NCBI GenBank assembly: GCA_030704615.1
Contig: CM060734.1
Coordinates: 18,600,001 to 18,664,000, forward strand
Origin: Takakia lepidozioides
Taxonomy: Eukaryota > Plantae > Bryophyta
Length of the DNA: 64,000 nucleotides
Reading direction: 5' to 3'
Below, piece by piece: positions 12,601 through 25,460 of this stretch (the stretch's first letter is position 1; each line of letters opens with the position of its first letter). The notes under the pieces were generated by a model, which was not told the origin of the DNA, did no database searches, and worked only from the letters and a program-made list of their open reading frames with translations. A program made the position numbers and the translations under genes.

Positions 12601-15594
12601 TTGGTCACCTTTTGCCCTATTGTTCAAGGTCAGAAGCTGAAGCTCTTCCAGACAGTTAATTAACCGTCTGCCATTAGAGTTCAGCTCGTCCTCACCAAAA
12701 GGCCCAATGATATCATCCTGATGGAGACCTTTACCCACCCGGGCATTGAAGTCACCCAATAAAATCACCTGACCTTTGGCAAGGAACGAAGCACAGTCTA
12801 GCTTTACATCTTCTAAGGCTTTGTCTGCGTCAGCACTAAGGGTCCCCTCTGTGGGCATGTAAACACAACCCACAAAGAGGTCCTTCGTACTCATGCCACC
12901 CTTCAGATTCAATTTAGCCAGATACTATGCTCGTACCTCAAACCCTTGTTGATAATTTCACGATTGTCAAACAAGAAATCACGGACAAAGAATCCAACCC
13001 CTTTTTGACCGCGTTTGGCAGAGGCTGCCTTGAGAGTACACATCTTACCTGCCCATTTATAACCATTGACATCTCCAACCAGTTTATCCGACGTTTCCCA
13101 TGTTTCTTGCCCAGCACAGATATGAATATCATTAGTCCGAAGAACTTGTCCCACTTCGAGTTGTTTCCTTTGGTTAGTCAGCCCTAAGAAGTTGAAAGTG
13201 GGCAGCCGCAAGCCAGCCCTTTGCATGTGAATTGTTTGTCGTCTAGGTAGCTTAAGATTGCTCCTGGACAGCCAACCGTTCTGCAGAGGGGGGACAGTTA
13301 CCCCGTGTGTAGATTTTGCTCGTCTTGTGTAAACTTTGAGAATTGGTAAACCATTCAGAGTACCAAATCCTTCAATTACACGACGTTCAGACTCCGCACA
13401 CTTAGGGGAAAGTTGTCCGTCTGACTGCTTAGTGACAATTACCCCATGTATAGATTTTGCACGTCTTGTGTAAACTTTGAGGATTGGTAAACCGTTCAGA
13501 GTACCAAATCCTTCAGATACACGACGTTCAGATTCCGTACACTTATGGGCAGATTGTCCGTCAGGCTGCTTGGATTCAACCTCGTCCAGAGCCGATTAGA
13601 AACTCTCAAGTTGAAGTCCCTGCCCTTGGTTGTCTTCCTAGAGCGCCCCATTGAATCACCAATGGCTAAAACCGCCCTCCAGCCAGTCAAGGGACGAACT
13701 TCTTTGAGATTGAGTTGATGTGAGACTCTATTAGAAGCATTTTTGGGCATTGCAACCTTCAAAGTACCCCTGTTATCAAGTCCTGAGATGGAGCCATTGG
13801 CCATGAAATCCAAGCCTAAGCTAGAGCATGTAGTTTTAAAGGACGCATCGTCCATCCTGGGATTCACCCCAAAAACTACACATGAAGCCCTAGATTTGGC
13901 ATAAGTAACCAATTCCCAGGAATCACCCTGGGGAGTGTTGCTGTTGACAGGAGGTAATGTAATGATTGTTTTCGTAGGCCATAAGTTTAAGCACAAGGAC
14001 CAACCCTAGCCCAAGTGCCGAGTATGCTAGACAGAGCATACGACTGCCCAATTTGGGCGGAGGGGCTGCCCCCAAGCGGTAGGGGTCCGCTTGTTACCAT
14101 TCAGATTGTACTCATAAGACGTTGTTTGCCGTAGCCTTGTGGCCATTGACCCCGCACCCAGTTTGAGCAGGAACAAAAGGGACAGAACCTACCTCTGTCA
14201 GGGGCTGACGTTGGTAGTAAGACTTACCTTCATATAAAGAATTAATCCGGGTTTTCCAGATATCCTCTAGAAATCCCTTCACACAAGCATCAATCTGCTG
14301 TGTGTGATTTGCCCAATAACTAGGCCTCAGGAGGGCCTGGGCTTTTGGCTCAGCCTCGAGACTTTCAAAGTTGGTAAACAGGGGTACAGGCACAATTCCC
14401 TTGATAACTTACGATATCTGGTGTTGGGCATATGTTGCAGCTGACCCCACCATCTGACCTTGAATTCATCTCGTCGGGAGCTTAAGGACGGAATGCCAAA
14501 CTCACCCCGAACAGCCACATTGGCTGTTTTGGAGCATGCTGACATACACTCCTTAAGCACCCCCACTTGAATGGATTCTAGAGACTTAGCCTGGTTGGAG
14601 TTATCAACCCATATAGAGATCATATTAGTTACCATTCAGAGATCACACTCCAGGGAGTTGCAGGGAATGGCCCGTGTAGGCATATTCTAAAGAGGGAAAG
14701 GCCCCAAGCTTTCCAACTAAATCCGATGCACTACCTTACCTGGAGCAAAGCGCTTCAGGTCGAAACAAACAAAGACACGAGGTCACAAGGCCGGCATTTA
14801 GTCACAGAGACATTCATGTACTCCCGTATCAAGTCCACCCAACGGCAATAGGCTTCCTAGAGGACAGGGAGAGAGAAAACTTTGTTTCTGATTTAGGGTT
14901 GCTAAACCCAGAATCAAAGAAAGAGTATGACAACACGCACCTGGGCAAGGAGCGCCACCGCGTCCTCCTCTCTGAAGCAAAAAATTCCAAGAGATTTTGA
15001 GCTACTGAGATCTGATATCAACACAAATTCATTCGCGGAATTGCTCACAGTGTAGACCGGGACGCCATCCAACCTCTTTGCCACCTGCTCCGTGTTCATG
15101 GCGAGATTGAACAGAGGTTTTGGCTCCCATTGCCCACTTGTATCCGAGGAACTAAGTGATAAAGAAGCCAAAAGATGCAGATGGATCCTCTGGTTTGCCT
15201 GCCTGCTGGCACGCCTAACCATCTGCACCAGATGATACGAAATCTCTAACCTCCGCTTATTGATGCTCTCCTCAATCAGTCCTCCAACCCTCAACCATGG
15301 CTGCCAGAATCTGCTTTCCCAAATATTCCGTACCTGCCCATCACTCTGTAGACGCGGAGATCGACGTCCAAGGCTTGAAATGTGTTCCGCCAACCTTCCC
15401 TTTCCTTCCTCTATGCATTGACCTAGCCTTCCTCCAACTCCTGCCCACCGCTGCCTAACCTCCCCCACCGAGGGCCCAATGTCCCACCGGGCAGGCCATC
15501 TGTCTTCATTTTCCTCAGCATTTTCTACAGAAACAGACCGCGGAGACCAAGACTTCGCTCCAGCTCCCCCAGGAGGAGTCCAGCCCCCTTCCAT
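3695..15594 (-). CDS. TIC22: Chloroplast intermembrane-space import component Tic22, ~376 aa, 8 exons: 14941-15594, 5745-5807, 5254-5328, 5024-5080, 4706-4765, 4378-4461, 4097-4132, 3695-3796
   Basis: All introns are GT-AG and phase 0. The spliced protein has LDGVPVYTVSNSANEFVLISD, CFREEDA, EGIAFRFLPDPQQVKNAL, FDGVPVFQ, RRFCPIFFCKEDLE, VGSFEDVLKRME and GWGDIVFIPPG. Confidence 0.95.
5934..6057 (-). mobile_element. Two stacked short 3'-end stubs of the RTE-X-like LINE family
   Basis: Degenerate copies of the terminal motif ...CTTATGAGTACATTCTC (reverse complement) at ~5934 and ~5968, directly abutting the 3' end of copy A at ~6060. Confidence 0.8.
6058..8965 (-). mobile_element. LINE copy A (APE endonuclease + RT + CCHC finger), 5'-truncated, with internal deletions; RTE-X-like
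   Basis: EN motifs (QETW, FNARVG), RT motifs (NYRGITLL, QAGFR, FLDVKKAYDTV, QGCTLSP, FADD) and the C-terminal PLCGQPEDNIHFLIHC finger. Contains frameshifts. Clade assignment is tentative. Confidence 0.9.
8968..10765 (-). mobile_element. LINE copy B, 3' half (RT to 3' terminus)
   Basis: ORF 9068-10747 has QAGFRRNRGC, QGCTLSP, FADD and CPLCGQPEDNIHFLIHC. The family 3' terminus at ~8970 directly abuts the 5' end of copy A. Confidence 0.92.
11432..14092 (-). mobile_element. LINE copy B, 5' half (structured leader, N-terminal extension, APE endonuclease, start of RT)
   Basis: EN motifs GQETW, GDFNARVG, SIVDYII and SDHFLV; RT start PGNYRGITLLNAVGKI. It breaks at 11432, 12 bp upstream of where the 3' half resumes at 10765. 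Confidence 0.9.
13298..13571. repeat. Diverged ~141-bp tandem duplication in the LINE N-terminal coding region
   Basis: TTACCCC.TG..TAGATTTTGC.CGTCTTGTGTAAACTTTGAG starts at both 13298 and 13439. Confidence 0.85.
14106..14627 (-). mobile_element. LINE copy C, short and internally deleted, with 13-bp TSD
   Basis: TSD GTTACCATTCAGA at 14093-14105 and 14628-14640. ~440-bp internal deletion at ~14405 relative to copy B. ORF ends GHKATANNVL*. Confidence 0.92.
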
Positions 15595-17240
15595 TACGAC
15601 CTCCTCGCTCTATTTAAGGAACCATAGTCACACTCTCAAGAACTTCTCTGCGAGGGATACGGTGGAATACGGAGATGGAGAACCCCAAGCTCCAGACCTA
15701 AAGAGAGCCTGCAGCGAGAAATCGGATCGGCAGATGGGTGATCGGAATCAACAATAACCGTTCATTACAGATAAGATACAATCTTCTCACCGTCCAATAT
15801 TTAGGATCGGACGATAAAGAAAACATACAACTGGTCGCAATTTTCCCGCGGTTTTGGTGTAGCGAGAGTTTTTGGAGCTTCCCGCCCACCGTCCCTTCCC
15901 GCCGGAGCTGCAGCTCTCAATCCTTCTCAGACTCATGGCAAAGGATTTTATGCAGTCTTTCTTCTCCAGGAGGCCAACGCCTGAACACCTCTTTGAAATG
16001 ATATTCAAGAGTTGAGTGAGCTGTGGTTTCAGTTGCCCTTGGATGATGGCGTGCTTCACCTGTGATGCGAAGGAGTCGAGGAAAGCGGTGGAGAGACAGA
16101 GACGGGATTGAAGATCTTGGATGTGGAAGGATGCGAAGGGCCAGCATCTTCTGCAGCCCCGTGTGCACTTCTCCATTTACTCTTGGTAAAATCTCTTTGA
16201 ACAAAGTCTCCAAGAGCTTATCCTCACAAACATCACTCTGTCAGTACATTCAGATGTCCAGCCGCTGCAGAAGTAGGTCCCTTGCAGTCCACAGTGTTGA
16301 TTTCTATCTAAGGGTGAATCCTGCTGTTAGATGAATCCTCCAATAAGAGCAATCCTCGGAAATGGGAGATATGGCTGAGGCTCCTGCTTCCTTGACGGGA
16401 AGGAGATACATCAGCAGGAGAGGCCGCATTGCACGTAACTTTCTGTTATTACGTTCCCGTAAGTTGGAGCGGCTTAGCGGTTTTCCAGTAGACTGCGTCC
16501 GGCTGATTGCAAGATTTCGAGGAGTGACCTTTGAAGCTGATCAAGGTGAGTGAACGTCCTCTAGAACTTACAGTGATTACAGCCCCTGACTTCTAGGGAG
16601 GAAGACGAACTACACAGAAAATCTGCACTTTCTGTTTCAGCTCATGTATACAATTGCCTTGCATTGAAATCAAGTCTTAAGCAGATGGAATAGATTGCAT
16701 AGGATGAGCTAGAAAAATCCAAAGTGAAAGCTTGTTATGCAGTCCATAAAGGTGGGTTGCAATGTCCGCCGTGAAAGTTCAAAGGTCACTGCATGACGAC
16801 AATGAAAGTAGGAATTTAGTTCGCATGTGGCAGTTGTCTTTGGACTTCCTTATGGTTTTCAGTGTAGTACCCACCCTGGGAATCAAGTAGGATGCCTGTA
16901 TAGTCTTTAAAACAGGGGAATAAATCTCATTATGACTTTTGGAAGGTGACAGCCACTTTTAAAGGCAGACATTGAGAGGAGCCACATTCTAATTATACTT
17001 TGCATCGTGAGAGTGGACTCTTTCTGTGGTGGAGGAAGGAGCAGAGAGTATCCTTGTCTTGGTCCCTACCCTTGATTTTGGAATTTTCTTTTGGCAGCTG
17101 CTGAGGAATCCTTCTGACTACACATGTGCATCAGGGGTCTCTAATTCTTGAAGGTGGCAAATATAGAGGCAGGGAGTCTGCCACCAAAAGTCAGCAAGGT
17201 CTCAGTATTTGGTTCCGTTGAAGAAAAAGTGAAGGAGAAG

Positions 17241-20200
17241 ATGCTGATATTGAAGCAGCGGCAATTGAGACGGAATGGCTGTAAGCAAGTCCAGACGACA
17301 GAACACGAAAAATGTAGCCAAGCCAATGTAGGTGAGTCTGTTCCCTGTAAGAAACGGAAGAACCCCACGCGGATGGAGGCTGTACAAACCGAGAGGGATA
17401 CACTGGAGGAGATCAGAAATTCTGCTATGGGGAGGAGAAGAAAAAAGAAAATGAGAAGCACAAATGATTTGTATGCAAGCACTCCAAAGGTGGAAACTAA
17501 GTATGAGGAGGAAGTATTTGGTGTCTGCGTCAAGGAAGATGTCCCCGGTTTGGAACCTGGGATGTCAGTGCAGCCACAGGGAATATATAGAACACATGCA
17601 CTGCAAGAAGTTCGCTTAGCCAGTGGAACAGGGATAAGTGAATCTTACAGTGAGAATGGCATTGCGACAATCGAATTGTCAGAGATTTTCAACGATTGTG
17701 AAGGTGAGACCGACCATTTGAGCTTCAAGGAAGAGGCTAGTGCTGTGGTGATGCCATGGCTAGATCTTCAGGGGAAGGCCACCAAGCCAAGGAGTTGGAT
17801 ATCAATCATCTCTTGCCATAGTCAGCCAGAAACAACAACCATCCCCGATGTGGCCTCACAGGTAAATTCAGAGCCTAAGACGTTAGTCTCACATGGTAAA
17901 GGTGGGGAGCTTGAATCAGGCCACATCGGAGATAAACTGGTACCTGCCTTGCAGCCATGGGATTGGAAACGTGTCTCTGATTGTAGCTGCTCAGAATTGG
18001 CTACTCTTCATGAGGTGTCTTCACAGACAGTGATGGAGGTGAAGGAGTCAAAAGAAGTGGCACAGCTTGAATCAAATTCTGCCAATGTGAAGCTCAAGGA
18101 GTTAATTGGAGAAAAGAATGGGGAGCTTGAACGAGGCCTAGCAGAGGATGCTCATGATTATTCCACTCAGATTGGAAATTTGCAGTTGGCAGACTGCAGC
18201 TCACCAGAACCAGCCATCCTTTCCAATGAGTCCGCACACACATCTTTGGAGGTCAAGTGTTTCTTGACACATGAAGTTGAGAGTGAGTTTGAATTGAGCC
18301 AAGATGTTTCTCTGCCAGGAAATTGGAAGTCACTGGTCAAAGTTCGCACCCCGCCAGATAGAGCCACGCATCATGATGTGTCTCCACAGACTGATGGGGA
18401 GTGCAAAGAACTTATCTTGAGTGGCGGAAGGGACCAGCTTGAACCAATCCCAGAAACCCGGAAAGACGCCATTAAGTCAAGTGTCTCTGAATTAACAGCG
18501 ATTAGCCTGCAAGAAACAGCAACCTCTGCTGATGTGGTCTTGCAGCCGAAGACACAGCTGAGGGGGTCCCATTATGTTAGGAAAGAAGGGAGGAACCTTG
18601 AGATGAGGGATTGGGGTCAGCCTGGCGGGATAGACACTGAGAAACTTACTGTAGTTCCCTGGTTGGACATTGAGGCTCAATGTCAAACAAGTACCCTTTG
18701 GCACGCATCCTCACAGACAAATTCTGAGCCTCAGAACTTCATCTTGGATGGAGGTGAAGTTGGAGAGCTTGATTCCCTCCTACACGAGAAACTGCTGGTA
18801 GCTGCCCCTCAGCCATGGGATTGGAACTTGGGTGTCCCAGATTGTAGGCTGCCAGATTCAGCCACTCTCCCTGAGGTGTCTTTACAGGCAGCTATGGAGC
18901 TCAGGAAGTCACTACTGAGTGGTAAAGAAATTGGGCAGCCTGAATCGAACTCAGAAAAGGAATCTCCTGGAGACATCGTGTCACACACATTCTGTCTGCC
19001 AGAAACAGCCACCCTTCCTGGGTTGCCATCCCCGCAGACAGATATGGGGCGAAAGGAATGTCAATTGATTGGGGAAGACAGTGGAAAGCTTGGACTGAGT
19101 CCATTAAAGGAACCTCAGGATGATTTCACTCAGATTGGGAATTTGAGGTTGACTCATTGCAGCCAACCAGTAACAGCAACCCTTTCCAATGAGTCTGAAA
19201 ATAGGTGTTTGGATGCCAAGCGTATATTAAATCATGAAGTAATAAATTGGAAGTGCATGGTCACCAGCCCTCCTGATGTGTCTCCACAAACACACGGGGA
19301 GCACAAGGAGTCTGTCTTGAGTGGAGAAGGGGGCCGGCTTGAATTGATGTCAGTGGAGGAATCTGGAGACGATATCATGCAGCGAGGGAAGTCAGGTATC
19401 TCTCAAATGCCAGACAAAAGCCTGCCAGAAATAGAAAACCGGGGTCATGTGGCAATGCAGGGACATACACAGCTCAAGTGGTCCCCTGAACTCAGACAGG
19501 AGAGGAAGCTTGAAATAAGTGATCACAGTCCAGCTGGTGGGATTGGGTCTGTAAGGCAAAGGCTTAACATTCACATTCACAAAGATATGTTGCAGGAACT
19601 TGAAATTGAAAGAGGTATGAAAAGGTGCAAGATGACAGTGGAGCCCCTAAATGGAAGCTCAGCATTTCAATCGCAGTCTAGTGACAGGGAGGTTGGTGTC
19701 AGCAGTGCTTTAGGAAGAAGCACACTTGCAGTTACAACCAAAGGGGAACACGAACGATGTGTTTCTGAATCCTCAGGGGAGGAGGCTGGAGATTGGGAAA
19801 CCACTAGAATGAAGAGAATGACTGAAGCTAAAAGTGAGGGAGACACGATTGATCTGTCTTTTGAGCTGGATTTCAAAGGGAGGAAAAATGTTTCACAAAC
19901 AGCAAATGAGGAAAGGATTGAGATCAGACGGGAAACTCTGATTCTGACAGAAGATGTGTCAGTTCCACAGGTACCAAGAGATGACATCTTAATCGGCAAA
20001 CAGAAGTTTGGACGGATTGACAATGTTCCACGGGGAGAGGTTTCTCCCAGAGAAGAAGTGAGTCCAGTTGGGTCCATCCAAGGCAATCTATTTGATGGGG
20101 TTGAATTGATTGCACCACAGCCTTCTTTGTTTCGAAAGTCAATATCGGGTGAGAACACACCAGTACTATTCCTCACCTCTTTTCGAGAGAGAGTTGCAGA

Positions 20201-23200
20201 AATGGAAGGTCATGAAAAATGCCACATTGAGTCTTGTTGTATACTGCCATGCCATTATCATCTTCAGTACGAGTGTCCAGCTTCTTTCCACATGTAGGTT
20301 GTTTTACCGGTGTACTAGCATGTTGCCCAAGGTAGTGGACCTGAGGCTGCCAGCTGTACTTACATTGTGTTTGAACTTTGTTATGCAGTGGAGGAAGGCT
20401 TTTGTGGGGCAGTGATTGACAGACCTCCTGTTAGCACCAAGAGGATTGAACCTGGAAATGGAAATGTTCCTACAGGTTCTGTTGGAACCGGTGCATGCCT
20501 TCAATTTAGGCAGAAAGATGGGAACCAAAACTTCTGTTATCACTACGTAATGACCTGGACACTGAGACCAAAAACTTACAGTGATGCTTTCTCGAGAGAT
20601 CCTGCATCCGGTGAGAGGGAGGGAGGCTCACAGGGAGAGCAAGTGAATGCAGGTTTCCAGGCACAAACAAAGCAGGAGGCCGAAGCAGGGAACAGTGAGA
20701 CAACCTGTTGTACTAAGGGGATTGAAGAACAGCTAAAACATTTAAGGCTTCTTGGGGATGAAGGAGCTGAAAGCTTGATTACAAGCACCTCCCAAGAAGA
20801 GCTGGTGGTGGATGAGTGGAGTTCACTCCTGGAATCTAAAGAGGTTGGTGGAGCACAAAATATTGGCAGCCGTGAATCACCAGAAACTGACGCAAGAGAT
20901 TTGGTGTGCAATAATTCAAAAGCCACATTGGCTGTTTGTCAAGAACAGATGGATGTTCCTATCTCTCAAATGCCTTCACAGGAAGAAGAGAATGCGATGG
21001 TCCATGGGGGAGAAAAAACGCATGACATGGCAGAAACCGATAGCACGATGGAGACAGATCCCAAGATGGAGCCATTTAGAGTGTCCCAGACAGATGGGAT
21101 GGTGAAGGAGCTGACTGAGAATGAAACCGACGACATATATGAGTCTAACAGAACCCCAGATTTCGATAGGCCGGTAGAGACAGTGGAGAGTGATGACATG
21201 AAGGATAATTCTGAAACAGATTGCAGAGCAGAGACTCATGATGGAGGGGGAGTTGATGACATGGTTGAGACAACTGGTGCCCTTAGATTATCAAAGACAG
21301 GCAACAGTGGTGAAGCAAACTGCTTGCAGTCATCAGTAAGGAATTTCACCACATTACACAGAAAAGGTCTGCTCTCTGTTGAGAGCCTTGAAGTGGAAGA
21401 GGACACTCGACATGAGATCCATTCATTTGAGGGAACCTCTAAGATGCCCTGCAATCGGAAAGTGAGAGCTCTGTAACCAACCTGCAGTGGGTTTTTATCA
21501 AGAGAATGTAGATTCTTAAATTTCCTCTTCAAGTAGACATTATTGTAATTGCTTGTGTACCCTACCATCAACAGACATTTAGCAGCTGTTGGTGGTGGTG
21601 TGTAAGGATGGCCAATGGCCCTGTGGCATGAATATTATTGTCCAAAGAAACTCGCATACCACTTCCAGACTTCAAATTTCTGTGGTCAAGAGACAAAGAT
21701 CATTTTCTCTGTGAAGGGGGTTTGATGTCTGTTCTGGGTCCTTACAATGCACCTACCTAATTGATTTCTTTCCTACAGCGTCTGCTGGCACTCAAATTTT
21801 GTGTTGGATATATTTTCCTTGCAGGCCATATCTCCCCGGTCACAGATACAACTTCTACAGGCATTTCACTCCCAGAGCCCTATGCAGGGAACGCATTGCT
21901 TCCATCTCAAGCCGCCAAATAACCACTCAAGTGGGTTTTCCATCCTTTCTCAGTCATTTTTTTTGCCCCTTTTGTGATGGTCCATTGACTAGGATGATGG
22001 AATCCTTTCCGTGTATCCTACTTGTTCTCCTGGAATGTAGTTCAATGCTCTAGTATTACAGGTGACAGCTGAACTTAGACATGCAACGAGCTTAATTGAA
22101 TCTGTCCCCTGGATGCAGAAGATCCATGTGGAGGCACCCTTGGGCAGAGTCAGAGCAGGAAAGCTGCTCAGAGATGGCTGAAAGAGCAGTCATGTAGGCA
22201 TCAAGATGCTGACACTGCACTCTCCGATTTATTTGAGCATATGAAGGAAGAAGGTCAAAAGGAAAGTGACTCTGAATTATTGTCTCATACCTCACTTGCC
22301 TTTCCTTCCAGTGACCAACAAGCTGTGCAGTCCAACCCCTCTGTACCCCTATTGCACTTAAGTTCACCTTTGCGACCTGCTGAAAGTTGGCCACCAACTT
22401 CCGACAGTGGATCTCTGCCAGAGAGTTCACCCAGGGCCAATTGCTGCGGGCATCCTGCGTCAGGGCACATTGAACACACCTCTCTGCCCAGAAAATCAGG
22501 CTTGCAGCAGACACTCTTGCTATGCAGTGAGGAATCACCCACTCCCCCTCTACAATGTACCTCCTACGAGTACCCAGGGAAATCGTCCACCCCATGTTTA
22601 CCCATTCTGCAACCTGCTAGAAACAGGCCACCAACTGGCTTTTCCAATGGCAACTGCAGTGGGCATCCAGCATCCGGGTCCTCAGATCACAACCAGCAAC
22701 CCCCTTTGCCCAGGAAACCAGGCTTGCAACAGGCACTGTTATTATGCACTGAGGAATTACCCATCCCCTCCCCGGCACCCCTGAAGAGCATCCTCAAGAC
22801 GAATGCTGTGCCTTGCAGCGAGTGTCCAAGGTGTCTCATACGAAGTGAGCAGGCAAAAACTGCCGCAGAGTTTATCAACTCTCAAATGCATTACATTAAG
22901 AGAGTTGCTGAGCGGTTGATGGGAGAGTTGGGGTGTCTATGCAACCTGGTTAAAGATCAGCTCCTTCCACACCCAGGGGTGGTGTCCTTGATGCCAGTTA
23001 CTACTTGCACCCCAAAGGTCGGCGGCATCAATTTGTGGTGTTTCTTTTCAACATAAAACTGTTTCCATCATTGCTTAACTATACTACCATAATTGCTCAT
23101 GTATTAAGCAGTTGATCCTATCATGGTCATCCTGGTGCATGTGGACTTTGACTTCCTATGACACAGGATAGACCTTGACCTCATAGCCTTGTCCTAAATC

Positions 23201-23557
23201 CATGAGAAGGTTCACCTAATTCTTCCCGCTCTCTCTGCACTGCAGGTAAGGGGAGCTATTAATGGTGCGGTACAGGCTGAGCGTTGGGCGCACAAGGAGC
23301 TTAAGAAAATGGCACGAGATTCTCGGCAAATGTGCCACATCATTGTATGATTGCTAATTCTCACTGCAAGAATTGCAGTATTTCAACCTCCATGTTGCCT
23401 CTGCTTTATTCCAATTTACTTGATCATAGACTGACAATAATAACCCTGGACAATGCTGCAGGGAATGGGCCCCCGCAGAATCACCTTTGCAGATGAGGTC
23501 GGGAGGCAGCTCTGCCACGTCAAATACTTCCAATCCCAGAGGACCTGGGAGGATTAG
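17241..23557 (+). CDS. Large (~1,726 aa) mostly disordered E/S-rich protein with internal repeats and a C-terminal helical domain bearing SILK and RVxF motifs; exons 17241-20148, 20389-21461, 21825-21930, 22119-23017, 23246-23344, 23462-23557
   Basis: GT-AG introns with matching phases join into 5,181 nt of open frame. The C-terminus reads KSILK...CSECPRC...QMHYIKRVAERLMGEL...RRITFADEVGRQLCHVKYF. The start codon and possible upstream exons (~15800-16546) are uncertain. Confidence 0.75.
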
Positions 23558-24249
23558 AACGTCCTCACTATGGATTATGGTGGAAGAGATGTACTCATTC
23601 CCTATACCTTTGCCACATTGGCTATGACCCTTGAGCCTCCCCCCTGCAGGATACTAGTCCTCCTGAGCTGGCCTGCTACGAATACCCACCAAAATATGGA
23701 AATAAACTTGACTGTCTGTTTGATTTTCACCCAGATATTCTTGTTACAGGGTTTTAGAGGGAGATATTTCCACAGAGAGTGTGAGAAGAAAAAACTGAAA
23801 GAAATTTTGCATTCAAGATATGATGGATGGTGCCCACCAGAAGGGGCCCACTTGTGGAACTTCCCCAACAGTCAGCCACCTTTCTAGATGCAAGAAATTT
23901 CCAGGATGTTCTCTGGAGCTCCTCTTCGCATCGGCAGGGTGCCTGGCATTGCAGCAAGTGCGCTCTACATCCTATCTTACTAAGTATTTGATTCACTATT
24001 TGTCCGCACAATAGCTTATAGTCAGTATAATACCTACAGTCCTACCAATTCTTTGTCGATCTCTGTGATGAGCCTGCATACAGAAGGCTCATTCTATTGT
24101 TTCCTTTTGTGGAGATGGTAAGGGTGGCTGTGTGTGAAGGCAAATCCGAAGGTAAGTTTAGTGGTCACAGAACCACAGTGAGGAATGTCTTCCGAATTAA
24201 GAGCGAGGCCATTTGAAGTCAGACCAGTACATTCTGAGGTGCATGATAA

Positions 24250-24720
24250 TGTGCCATGGGTGGCAAGCTGTCAATTCCTTTCAATTTGAAGGGAATTTGG
24301 CGGGGGATCAAGTCGAACGAGGCTGTGTCCGCAACCCTTGACCAACTCCAAAACTTTAGTCACACAAGTAGAGACTCGTTCCAATGCAAGATGACAAGCT
24401 GGTTGAGTGCATTGCCACCACAACCAGTCCTTTTTCTCTTGTATGAGAACAGCAAATGCCTGGAGGCTCTGGAATCAAAGCTCTGTTGTGGATGATGGTT
24501 CCGTCACATCAAAAGCTCTTTTTACAACACCAAGTCAAAAGGTCCTGTGAAAAAGCCTTTGGTTGACTACTGATTGCAACTATGGCCTCTACCATGGCCA
24601 AATTGTCTCTCAAAGAAGCTGGCCCAAGGCCGCCTCCACAGATCTCAATGGCCATTTAATGAACTTTTATAGAAGATAGCAGAGGTTTTGATATGATATA
24701 AAGGGCTTCTTCAAAAAAAA
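24250..24720 (+). mobile_element. Possible highly decayed L1 3' remnant
   Basis: MRTANAWRLWNQ resembles the L1 C-terminal W.LW motif; ends in an A8 run at 24713-24720. Evidence is weak. Confidence 0.3.
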
Positions 24721-25460
24721 GGATAAGAGAGGTGGACATGTGCAGGAATGTGAGAGAGTCAACACCTTAAACCTCTTGGGTATTTTCAACTTTGTTCAAG
24801 CTCCTTTATCCATCACCAGCATGTCAGTGCAAAATCTGTTGTTGTAGGAAGTTCAAATCAGTTGAGGGTGTGATGCATATCTAGATTATCACTCCCAACT
24901 TCCTTTCGCACAATTCGAGCAGCTGATTTGTCTCTTAAGCTCAAGTCAGGCCCATCTTAACACATAATTGAGCCAAGATCCACAAGACTTCGGAAATCTG
25001 GATTTTACACATTTGGGGGGTTTTGCAACCACCAACTGAAAATGTTTCCATAATAACTTGGGATCAAACCTACAATCTCACCATTGATAGCGTATGAGGG
25101 AGAAAACCAGATGCCAAGCACCAGCAAAGCAAGACTAACAAAATCTCCAAGTTACACAATTGCAATTCAAGTGGATGAAGAGTGGGGTGGGTAGCAGTGT
25201 ATAAGACAACCGTATCCACAGGCTCTTTGCCGCGAGAGTCTCCATGGTATAATGAATTGGAAGTCATACATTATGAAGGTTAAGTGGTGTCAGTAACATC
25301 CGCATTCAGTTATGAGTCACAAGAAACAAAACAACAATCCAAAACTCTCATCAGTGAGGCGAGCAGAATTCACGGATGTCTTTTTACAAGATACTGGCAA
25401 ACATTCTTACATGAGCCTTGGATTCTGCAGTTCATGGGTAACAAAAAGTACAGGTGCAGA

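Noticed and set aside
15698-16553. Short overlapping ORFs between Tic22 and the large gene as separate genes
   Set aside because: No recognisable motifs, and splicing 16362-16546 to the acceptors tested at ~17097 and ~17134 hits stops. More likely divergent promoter, 5' UTR or uORF sequence.
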